Positions 1 to 7,095 of a stretch of 20,463 nt of DNA are shown in pieces (within the stretch, counting starts at the first letter, position 1; each line of letters opens with the position of its first letter). A program made the translations under genes and the position numbers. The notes below the pieces were generated by a model that ran no database searches, was not told the DNA's origin, and saw nothing but the letters and a program-made list of their open reading frames with translations. This DNA comes from Candidatus Deferrimicrobiaceae bacterium. Lineage in GTDB: Bacteria; Desulfobacterota; Deferrimicrobia; Deferrimicrobiales; Deferrimicrobiaceae. The stretch covers positions 1-20,463 of the forward strand of contig CAWBVY010000002.1 in assembly GCA_963792415.1 (NCBI GenBank). Direction: 5' to 3'.

Positions 1-11
1 CCCGCGAACGG

Positions 12-50
12 TGAAAAGGCCCACGGGAGGTTCCCCCGAGGGCCTTTTCA
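12..50 (-). terminator. Rho-independent terminator (possibly bidirectional) downstream of the DUF4382-like gene
   Basis: Inverted repeat TGAAAAGGCCC(12-22)...GGGCCTTTTCA(40-50) with an inner GC stem and T-tracts on both strands; about 30 nt past the stop at 83. Confidence 0.75.
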
Positions 51-82
51 TTCCCTGGCGTCCCGCGCGCGCCTTTTCCCGG

Positions 83-1453
83 CTACGGCCCGACGACAGC
101 TTCCCCGATGCTGATCCAGAAGGCCTCGATCCCTCCCGTCACGTTGTACCCGCGGGCCTTTACACGGACGTTGTTGTCGATGGCCTCCTCGGTCAACGGA
201 TCATGCGGCGCCACGGCATTGTCATAATACGCGTTGAACCGGTCCGGCATCGGGAATACGTTGTCCAACGAGGTCCGCAGGACGAATGTATTGTCCGACC
301 GCCACCCGTTGTCGACCGCTCCCGACTTCTCGTCCGGGAAGGTGAACACGATCGCCCTCGCCTGGAACATCATCGACGTGTCGAAGCGGCCGACGGCCTC
401 GACCGTCGCGCGGTCCCGGAACGCGGGGACGGCCGTCTCGTTGGAGACGTCCACGATCCAGGAGGAACGGGCGAGGACGTCCTCGCTGTACGCCCACGAG
501 GTGTCGTTATCGAACGCCGCGGGAATGGTACCCCCGGGACCGGGGCCGAAAGAAACATCGAAGGTCCCGGAGACCGGGAGGGTGCCGATGCTGCTGACAT
601 TCGACGCGGTGCCGGCAACGCTGTAGAGGACCGGCGACAGGAACTCCGCGAAGATCTGGGGCCGAAGGATGGCCTTGCACCCCTTCCAGCTCTTCCCCTG
701 GCTGACGACCCGGATCTTGAGACCGACGACTTCGAGCTTCACCCGGAAGAACTTGACCCAGCCGTCCATCTGGGTCGTGTCCGAGGTGGAGGGGATGACC
801 AGCTCGTGCCCCTGCCGGAAGTGGATGTCGAACTTGGAGTTCGCCGTGGGGTGGAAGTTCACCTTGCTGCCGTCCTTCAGCACGACCTTCACGTCCCGGT
901 AATACACCCGGATCTTGTCGTAGGTCCCCGCCGGGACGCTGTGGAACCGGTTAAGGATCCGCGCCAGCGTCTTCCCGTTTTCCAGATTGAGGAGGTCGAT
1001 CCGGACCGGGGAGTCCGGAACGACCGTGATGAAGTGCGGCTTTTCGGGGAAAGACCCGGGGTCGGGGGAGTTCGCATCCCGCAATTCCCCGTCCATGTCC
1101 TCGCTCTCGAAGCGTTCCGCCGCCGGCATCAAGGAAATCTTTGCGACCTCCATGTAGACGTGCGCAATTTCCGGGCTGGGTTCCCGGATTTCGTCAGACC
1201 ACTTGTACAAGGGATCCGGCGTCGGCACGGTGGACGGGCCGACCACCGCCACCGGGACCGCGGTCGATCCCGTCGCCGGGGCCGCCGCGAGGGAGATCTC
1301 GACCGCCGCGGGGCCGATGACCGGAGCCGCGGTGGATCCGGAGCCGATGGAGGACGTTCCGCCACCGCCACCGCCGCATCCGCCCAGTGCAATCGCCAGG
1401 GCCATCCCCGTCGCAAGGATTCCCGACCGTCTCAAGCCATGCTCTCTCATCAT
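83..1453 (-). CDS. DUF4382-like lipoprotein, ~456 aa
   Basis: Start moved to ATG 1453 (MMREHG), preceded by AGGAG. Signal peptide with lipobox LGGC, then a poly-Gly/Ser-Pro linker. Segment 'IDLLNLENG...SVPAGTYDKIRVY' resembles DUF4382 proteins; beta-rich C-terminus. Confidence 0.7.
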   Translation of the reverse strand: MMREHGLRRSGILATGMALAIALGGCGGGGGGTSSIGSGSTAAPVIGPAAVEISLAAAPATGSTAVPVAVVGPSTVPTPDPLYKWSDEIREPSPEIAHVYMEVAKISLMPAAERFESEDMDGELRDANSPDPGSFPEKPHFITVVPDSPVRIDLLNLENGKTLARILNRFHSVPAGTYDKIRVYYRDVKVVLKDGSKVNFHPTANSKFDIHFRQGHELVIPSTSDTTQMDGWVKFFRVKLEVVGLKIRVVSQGKSWKGCKAILRPQIFAEFLSPVLYSVAGTASNVSSIGTLPVSGTFDVSFGPGPGGTIPAAFDNDTSWAYSEDVLARSSWIVDVSNETAVPAFRDRATVEAVGRFDTSMMFQARAIVFTFPDEKSGAVDNGWRSDNTFVLRTSLDNVFPMPDRFNAYYDNAVAPHDPLTEEAIDNNVRVKARGYNVTGGIEAFWISIGEAVVGP

Positions 1454-1718
1454 CGCTCTCCTGTCCCGGATGGAAAATGTTGTTCCCGATCCCTTGCGGG
1501 ATTGCCATCTCCCCTGAAAATGACGGTTAACCCCGCCATGAAAGAGCAAGAAACATACCTCACGCCCCTCCTCGGCCGTCGTGAATAATATCTTTCGAAA
1601 TCGGATAGTTGGAAATATTGTAGATGATTGCGTCGCAAAGGAATCCTTCGAAACTGGAATATTTTTCACAAACCTCGACGTCCTTGTCTCCAATACCCCG
1701 GGGGAATACATTGCCCTA

Positions 1719-1747
1719 TTGACTTTCCGGGCCGCACTCTCTACGCT
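1719..1747 (+). promoter_or_regulatory. sigma70-type promoter of tRNA-Thr
   Basis: TTGACT (1719-1724), 17-nt spacer, TACGCT (1742-1747), 28 nt upstream of the tRNA. Confidence 0.6.
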
Positions 1748-1775
1748 TCATTTGCGATTTTTCTCGACCCGCCGC

Positions 1776-1850
1776 GCCGGCGTAGCTCAGTGGTAGAGCA
1801 GCTGATTCGTAATCAGCAGGTCGTCGGTTCAATCCCGACCGCCGGCTCCA
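1776..1850 (+). tRNA. tRNA-Thr(CGT)
   Basis: Full cloverleaf: acceptor GCCGGCG/CGCCGGC, D arm GCTC-AGTGGTA-GAGC, anticodon arm GCTGA-TTCGTAA-TCAGC (CGT at 1808-1810), T arm GTCGG-TTCAATC-CCGAC, encoded CCA. Confidence 0.98.
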
Positions 1851-1990
1851 CTTTTTCAAGCACTGGCGGCGGTTTATCGTTGCATGGAGTTCCCATTCAC
1901 AACGTCCTGCTGGATCGTGATAAACGATTTTTTCCAGTCGATGCGATCCCAGGCCAACGCGATCAATTCAGCACGCCGTGAAATGTGAGA

Positions 1991-2019
1991 AGAGGGCGGG
2001 GCCACAAACCCCGCCCTCT
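1991..2019 (-). terminator. Hairpin, putative terminator of the 2254..2033 gene
   Basis: Perfect 11-bp stem AGAGGGCGGGG/CCCCGCCCTCT with a 7-nt loop, 13 nt past the stop; only a weak U-tract. Confidence 0.5.
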
Positions 2020-2032
2020 ATTGATACGGCCG

Positions 2033-2254
2033 TCAAGGTGCAAGTCTGACCTTGCTTCCAGGCCCCACCAATACATTCTTTTCAAGAACGACATGAAAGG
2101 CCTTTTCCGGATTCCCCGCGAAGGCCTTCCTCGCAACTTTTAACAACCCCAACAAGTTATTTGGCCGGTACTTGTTCCTACGCTCAAAAATACTGCCGAT
2201 GGGTGTCTTCTCCCGTTCGACATAGTTCACGGAATAGACCAGGTAACTATACAT
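2033..2254 (-). CDS. Small hypothetical protein, 'ERR-NN' family copy 1 (73 aa)
   Basis: ATG 2254 preceded by GAAGGAGG; MYSYLVYSVNYVEREKTPIGSIFERRNKYRPNNLLGLLKVARKAFA aligns with the ORFs at 3397 and 4635. Confidence 0.75.
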   Translation of the reverse strand: MYSYLVYSVNYVEREKTPIGSIFERRNKYRPNNLLGLLKVARKAFAGNPEKAFHVVLEKNVLVGPGSKVRLAP

Positions 2255-2338
2255 GATGACTCCCTCCTTCCTCCTCTCGGGGGCCATGGAGACAACTTCC
2301 TCTTTCCTCTTGGTGCCAATGGATCTTCCAACACCCAT

Positions 2339-2347
2339 ATTATAACA
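2339..2347 (-). promoter_or_regulatory. Extended -10 promoter (TGnTATAAT) for the 2254..2033 gene
   Basis: Minus strand reads TGTTATAAT about 85 nt upstream of the start codon. Confidence 0.45.
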
Positions 2348-2449
2348 CCAATATAAATCGGTCATCGTGGCGTAATGGAATCGCTCAATAGCGCGGAAAC
2401 GGGAAGGGCCGGAGGGATGTCCCCCGGCCCCCTAAGGAGAGGGAGGTTC

Positions 2450-2806
2450 TCATTGGAATTCGACAATCCTTATTATCTGTGCAACAGGGATGGCAACCTG
2501 ATTGGTGAAGGCATTCTGGGGGGGGACGGAAACAAGCGATCCATCGCTAACGCCGGTGACGTTGAAAGTACCGGTTTTATCATTGAACGAGAGAAAAGTA
2601 CCATCAAACGCAAGTTCTTCCGATGTGTTGTAGGTGGCCACTGCCCCCCCCGCCACATAAAATATCTGCTTCTTCACCCCGGCATTGAACAAGGATTGCG
2701 GTAACGCATTCGCCTTGGTACCCCACCCAAAGTCCCAGTTCCAGTTCGAGCAACTGGCAAATACCATCACCGTAAACACGACCAGCGCAACAAGAAGTCG
2801 CTTCAT
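2450..2806 (-). CDS. Hypothetical lipoprotein (118 aa)
   Basis: MKRLLVALVVFTVMVFASC: basic N-terminus, hydrophobic core, lipobox FASC. G-rich SD upstream; beta-rich mature part. Confidence 0.7.
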   Translation of the reverse strand: MKRLLVALVVFTVMVFASCSNWNWDFGWGTKANALPQSLFNAGVKKQIFYVAGGAVATYNTSEELAFDGTFLSFNDKTGTFNVTGVSDGSLVSVPPQNAFTNQVAIPVAQIIRIVEFQ

Positions 2807-3095
2807 GACGCCCCCCTTTGGATATAGTCACGGAGATGTCAACGACAAGTGCGAGTAAATCCACCATGTCCCCTGGATGCCGGGAAGTCAACACGATAGA
2901 TGAAGGTCTGATCTTCACGTTACTCGACCTGTCCAAGATTCATTTTCCAAAAATGGTCCGCCCTCGGAAGGGGTCTTATATTCAATAGGCGACAAGGCCG
3001 CGGGGTCCTACCCTCTCTGCCAAATAAAGATTCCATCCTGCTTTGCCGAAAGAATTCGGAGAGGGCAAATAATTGCCGGGGCGTGGGGGGGGAAG

Positions 3096-3353
3096 ATGAC
3101 TTACGCGGAATTAGAGAATCATATCCTTCTGGCCGACCGAATGGTTGTAAGTTGCGCACCGAGGAAAGCGGAGTACGGGAGAGGATATATTGAAGGGATC
3201 AAAATTCATTTCAATAACCCTCGGTCGACATCCCCCCCCGATCATTATTCAATCGCTGATATCGCCCGTAGAAACGGCAGCCGCGATGTTCATGCCTACG
3301 CTCGTGGGTACCGTGATGGCTGCAAGGGTTTGAAACCGGAACATATCGGCTGA
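3096..3353 (+). CDS. Hypothetical protein (85 aa) with two YxRGYxxG motifs
   Basis: ATG after a G-rich SD-like tract; internal repeat EYGRGYIEGIK / AYARGYRDGCK; co-oriented with the next gene. Confidence 0.6.
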   Translation: MTYAELENHILLADRMVVSCAPRKAEYGRGYIEGIKIHFNNPRSTSPPDHYSIADIARRNGSRDVHAYARGYRDGCKGLKPEHIG

Positions 3354-3396
3354 ATTGATTATATTTTGAAGAAACGGTAACAGGGATGGTGAGAAT

Positions 3397-3609
3397 GTGA
3401 AAACCTACGCTGTCTATCGTCTCGGTTACTGGAACAATAAGCTGGAACTCGTGGGGAAGGTGGTGGAACGTCGGAAGGAAGAGCGGAAGAACAATGCCGC
3501 GGATATGTTGCGATGGGCCCAAAAAATTTACGCAGCTTCCTCGATTGATTCAAGCATATTCATCGTCAAGGAGGGTTCCTCCGAGGGGCCTATATTTGGG
3601 GGCGCATAG
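3397..3609 (+). CDS. Small hypothetical protein, 'ERR-NN' family copy 2 (70 aa)
   Basis: GTG start; KTYAVYRLGYWNNKLELVGKVVERRKEERKNNAADMLRWAQKIYA shares the family motif. Confidence 0.75.
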   Translation: MKTYAVYRLGYWNNKLELVGKVVERRKEERKNNAADMLRWAQKIYAASSIDSSIFIVKEGSSEGPIFGGA

Positions 3610-3776
3610 GCTGTCCTCGGCCTTGGGAAGGGCATCGCTGCAGGCTACCTGGTATCCGGTTGCGCCTGTCGAACCGGAAGTGGCGCGAACTGCCCGGGCG
3701 GTACATCTTCGGACTTCAGGAAACGGAACAACCCTCCATCACAGGCGGTGCACTTCCTCCAGACAACCGCCGCCTC

Positions 3777-4157
3777 TCACCCCGACAAGATTCCTTCTTC
3801 AATTCCCCTCTGAACGAACTTCTCCAATTCCTCGATGTAATGACGCGACAAACTGATCAGGTCTTCAGAGTGTCGTTGCGACGAACCGGCCTGGTCTTCA
3901 GCTCCGGGCCAGTCAGCGAACCGATGCCGAAACGCTGTCTGACTGGTATAACTCAATACAACATTCCCGGCGATGGTCTTTTCATACCATTGTTGCCCCC
4001 CCTTCGACTTTGATTCCTCCCGGGCATATTGGGTTACAGACTGGGCCGCCGCCAGGAACGCGCTCAAGTAGTATCGGAACGTCCCGCGGTCGTGTAACGA
4101 CTCTTCCATCTTAGCCAGAAAGAACTTTGCCTCCCCAATCTTGTATCGCTCGTTCAT
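3777..4157 (-). CDS. Hypothetical helical protein (126 aa), possibly HEPN-like and internally shortened
   Basis: Amphipathic helices 'KIGEAKFFLAKMEE' and 'FRYYLSAFLAAAQSVTQY'. No RxxxxH motif seen where I would expect it. Family link is from recall only. Confidence 0.55.
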   Translation of the reverse strand: MNERYKIGEAKFFLAKMEESLHDRGTFRYYLSAFLAAAQSVTQYAREESKSKGGQQWYEKTIAGNVVLSYTSQTAFRHRFADWPGAEDQAGSSQRHSEDLISLSRHYIEELEKFVQRGIEEGILSG

Positions 4158-4392
4158 CTCAATTCACGCCCCCCTATCGAGATAATTCCAACATCCCAAC
4201 CGCTTCCTCCACGGCCTCGAGAATCTGCTCCCCCGACATCGGGAACCGATTCGTCGGCGCACCCTCTGAAACTTTACGGCAGAACCGGGTGGAATCTTCA
4301 GGATGTAATTGTTACTTCACCCCCCTCGGCATGGCACTTTCTGGTCGGTGTAGTGTGGGATATTGCTTACAAACCGAGGGTCGAGGGCACGT

Positions 4393-4437
4393 TTCGTAAT
4401 CGGCGGGTCGTCGGTTCCATCCCGACCGTCGGCTCCA
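4393..4437 (+). repeat. attR-like degenerate copy of the tRNA-Thr 3' half
   Basis: TTCGTAATCGGCGGGTCGTCGGTTCCATCCCGACCGTCGGCTCCA vs 1806-1850: 4 mismatches in 45 nt; starts at the anticodon loop and ends at CCA; no 5' half upstream. Confidence 0.9.
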
Positions 4438-4634
4438 TTCAGGCATGTTATTGCGTACGTAAAGGCGATCCCTTGGAAGGGATTGTTCCGGGAAAATTTT
4501 TTCCCATTAAGGCTCTGCTTTTTCACGAATGACAACGACGGACCATATCATTCTTCTTTATAATGAACTACATGCATTCACACAGTCGATGGGTGCGAAT
4601 ATTGCTGGAATGAACAGGATCGGGGGAGAGCGCG

Positions 4635-4925
4635 ATGAAAAAGATCCCGGACGACGATTGGTTGATGAAAGGATCTGCCTGGAACGAGGAGGAGTTGCTT
4701 CCAATAGCGTTGGGCAAGAAGCCGGAACAGGTACCGGTAAAAACCGTCATGGTCTACTGGATGGACAAGAAGAACATGCGGAAAGAGCCCATCGGGATCC
4801 TCATGGAGCGACGAAAATCAGAACGGGAAAACAACAACGCTATCGGCATGTTGCGCCTTGCTCGGAAATCATTCGCCAGAACGGAGGAAGAGGCTCAAAG
4901 GATTCTCATCGGAGATTTCGTTTGA
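4635..4925 (+). CDS. Small hypothetical protein, 'ERR-NN' family copy 3 with N-terminal extension (96 aa)
   Basis: GGAG SD before ATG; VKTVMVYWMDKKNMRKEPIGILMERRKSERENNNAIGMLRLARKSFA. Confidence 0.75.
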   Translation: MKKIPDDDWLMKGSAWNEEELLPIALGKKPEQVPVKTVMVYWMDKKNMRKEPIGILMERRKSERENNNAIGMLRLARKSFARTEEEAQRILIGDFV

Positions 4926-4961
4926 TCTCCGCCCGTCGATCCGATCCCGGCCTCGGGCAGG

Positions 4962-5444
4962 TCAGATCGCCACCCGGACCGCGGTCGGCGAGAGGATCCG
5001 CGCCAGGTCCGGCGCGCTCATCCCCACCAGGAACCCGCGGCGCCCCCCATTGATGTAGATCTTCGACAGCCCGAGGATCGTCCCCTCCATGTAGATCGGC
5101 ATCGAATGCCTCGTCCCGAACGGCGAGATCCCCCCGACGATGTACCCCGAGTGCCTGTGCGCGGCCTCCGGAGAGCACGGCGTCACGCTCTTCGCGCCGA
5201 TCGCACGCGCGAGCTCCTTCGTCGACACCTCGCGGTCCCCGTGCATCAGGACGACCAGCGGCCTCTTCCGTTCGTCCTCCATGACGAGCGTTTTCACCAC
5301 GCTGTGCTCATCCACGCCGAGTTCCCGCGCGGAGACGGCCGTCCCGCCCTTTTCCTCGTAGTCGTACGGGTGCTCGGTGTACGAAACTCCGGCCGCCCGC
5401 AGGGCGCGGATCGCGGCCGTGACCGGCATCTTCTCCTTCGCCAC
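4962..5444 (-). CDS. ybaK: Cys-tRNA(Pro) deacylase (YbaK/EbsC family)
   Basis: Motifs 'VVKTLVM' (conserved Lys), 'SGYIVGGISPFG' (GxxxGGxSP) and 'IYINGGRRG'; 160 aa. Confidence 0.93.
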   Translation of the reverse strand: MAKEKMPVTAAIRALRAAGVSYTEHPYDYEEKGGTAVSARELGVDEHSVVKTLVMEDERKRPLVVLMHGDREVSTKELARAIGAKSVTPCSPEAAHRHSGYIVGGISPFGTRHSMPIYMEGTILGLSKIYINGGRRGFLVGMSAPDLARILSPTAVRVAI

Positions 5445-5548
5445 CCTGCGCGATCCCCCTCTCTTCCCGGACCGTCCTGTTGCGATGCCCCTGGGTGCGA
5501 TCCATTGTATTATACGCGCGGAGGCGAAGACGGACGGGAGGGTTCCTC

Positions 5549-6367
5549 ATGGGCACGTTGAACGGGAAGACGCTCTTCATCACGGGGGCAAGCCGGGGGA
5601 TCGGCCTGGCGATCGCGCTGCGGGCGGCGGCGGACGGCGCGAACGTCGTCGCCGCGGCCAAGACGGCGGAGGCGAACCCGAAACTTCCCGGCACCATCTA
5701 CACGGCGGCCAGGGAGATCGAGCAGGCCGGCGGGAAAGCCCTCCCGCTCCAGGTCGACATCCGGTTCGAGGAGCAGCTCGCCGCGGCGGCGGCGAAGGCG
5801 GCGGACACGTTCGGCGGCATCGACATCCTGGTGAACAACGCGAGCGCGATCAGCCTGACGGGAACGCTGCAGACCCCGATGAAGCGGTTCGACCTGATGT
5901 TCGGGGTGAATGTCCGGGGAACCTACGCCGCGTCGCAGGCGGTCCTGCCGTACCTCCTGAAGGCGAAAAACCCCCATATCCTCACCCTGAGCCCCCCCCT
6001 TTCCATGGATCCGAAGTGGTTCGGGAACCATTGCGCCTACACGATGGCGAAGTACGGGATGAGCATGTGCGTCCTGGGGATGGCGGAAGAGTTCCGGGAG
6101 GCCGGCGTTGCGGTGAACGCCCTGTGGCCGAGGACGGTGATCGCCACCGCGGCACTGGCGATGATCCCCGGCGTCGAGTTCCGGAATTGCCGTAAGCCGG
6201 TGATCGTCGCCGACGCGGCGCACGGGATCCTCACGCGCGACAGCCGGGCGTGCACCGGCAACTTCTTCCTCGACGAGGAGGTGCTCGCCGCCGAGGGGGT
6301 GACGGACCTCTCGGGCTACGCCGTCGAGCCGGGGGCTCCGCTCCTCCCCGACCTCTTCCTCGGCTGA
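5549..6367 (+). CDS. Short-chain dehydrogenase/reductase, HSDL2-like (272 aa)
   Basis: Start ATG 5549 after GGGAGG; TGASRGIG, NNAS, catalytic YTMAK; 'AAKTAEANPKLPGTIY' and 'NALWPRT' typical of HSDL2-like SDRs. Confidence 0.92.
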   Translation: MGTLNGKTLFITGASRGIGLAIALRAAADGANVVAAAKTAEANPKLPGTIYTAAREIEQAGGKALPLQVDIRFEEQLAAAAAKAADTFGGIDILVNNASAISLTGTLQTPMKRFDLMFGVNVRGTYAASQAVLPYLLKAKNPHILTLSPPLSMDPKWFGNHCAYTMAKYGMSMCVLGMAEEFREAGVAVNALWPRTVIATAALAMIPGVEFRNCRKPVIVADAAHGILTRDSRACTGNFFLDEEVLAAEGVTDLSGYAVEPGAPLLPDLFLG

Positions 6368-6385
6368 AGGGAGGTCGGAGGCAGT

Positions 6386-6790
6386 TTACTTCCTCCCCTT
6401 CTCCTGCAGGAATTCGCCGAGCGCCTTGTCGACTTTCCCGATGTGGTCGACCAGCCAGTCGCCCATGTAGCGGCCCATCTTGTCGGCCAGTTCGGGGGTG
6501 GCGCCCTTGTCGTCGTACTCGTCCCTCAGGTCGTAGAAGTCGTTGATGAACGCCACGTGCGCCCCCTTGTGGGAAGGGAACCCCGGGTAGGAGAGGCGGC
6601 GCATGTAGATCTCTTCCAGCCCGAAATGGTTGGTGACGTAGTCCTCGAGGTAGTCCAGAACCTTCACCAGGTCGTGCACGGCGGGTTTCCCTTCCTCCCG
6701 CAACAGCGAGTTGATCGCGGCGAAAAGTTCCCGGTGCTGGGCGTCGATGGTGTCCACCCCCACCGACCATCGTTCCGTCCACTCGAACAA
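6386..6790 (-). CDS. Bacteriohemerythrin (single domain)
   Basis: W..VGVDTIDAQH, HFGLEE, HKGAH and WLVDHIGKVD supply the di-iron ligands; TTG start with GGAGG SD. Confidence 0.93.
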   Translation of the reverse strand: MFEWTERWSVGVDTIDAQHRELFAAINSLLREEGKPAVHDLVKVLDYLEDYVTNHFGLEEIYMRRLSYPGFPSHKGAHVAFINDFYDLRDEYDDKGATPELADKMGRYMGDWLVDHIGKVDKALGEFLQEKGRK

Positions 6791-6802
6791 GATCGCCTCC
6801 GG

Positions 6803-7027
6803 TTATCCGGCCGCCGGAGAGGAGGGGTATCCCTCCTCCGCGGTCGCCTTCAACAGCATCTCCACGGTCGTCCTCGAGGGATCGCAGGCGACCACCGCGC
6901 GCGGAGGGGACAGGGTCACCTCGACCGCCTCCACCCCGGGTACCGCTCCGAGCGCTTTCTTCACCGCGGCGACGCAATGGCCGCATGTCATCCCCGTGAT
7001 CGCCAGCGCCACATGTCCTCTCTCCAT
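6803..7027 (-). CDS. Heavy-metal-associated (HMA) domain protein, CopZ-like copper chaperone
   Basis: GMTCGHC metal-binding loop; 74 aa; C-terminal 'EEGY'. Confidence 0.9.
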   Translation of the reverse strand: MERGHVALAITGMTCGHCVAAVKKALGAVPGVEAVEVTLSPPRAVVACDPSRTTVEMLLKATAEEGYPSSPAAG

Positions 7028-7055
7028 CGCCTCTCACCTTCCCTGTCCGCCGGTG

Positions 7056-7075
7056 ATGTCCGGATATCCGGACAT
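7056..7075. promoter_or_regulatory. Perfect 20-bp palindrome, putative operator
   Basis: ATGTCCGGATATCCGGACAT in the 68-nt divergent intergenic region; overlaps a minus-strand TATAAT (7074-7079). Confidence 0.6.
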
Positions 7076-7095
7076 TATATAGTAGACTGCTGACG

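Larger units (their letters stand above)
1806..4437. mobile_element. Degenerate tRNA-Thr-integrated genomic islet; no integrase in the window
   Basis: Bounded by direct repeats 1806-1850 and 4393-4437 (41/45 identical). Interior is AT-richer than the flanks and holds only small hypothetical ORFs. Confidence 0.7.

Noticed and set aside
11-1588. 525-aa plus-strand ORF and other long antisense or alternate-frame ORFs (e.g. 7075..8505, 8599..10353, 11253..12908, 11309..12733)
   Set aside because: Shadow ORFs of real high-GC genes: Arg/Gly/Pro-rich, no recognisable motifs, fully overlapping well-supported CDSs.
1693-1707. ATACCCCGGGGGAAT, resembling a CsoR-type operator
   Set aside because: Imperfect symmetry and more than 5 kb from the CopZ-like gene; cannot be supported.
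2518-3092. G8/C8 homopolymers (2518-2525, 2644-2651, 3085-3092) as phase-variation tracts
   Set aside because: Runs are short, similar runs occur elsewhere in this GC-rich window (e.g. 16354-16361), and reading frames are intact.
4393-4437. Second complete tRNA gene
   Set aside because: No D arm or 5' acceptor strand upstream and the T loop is mutated (TTCCATC); treated as an att remnant.
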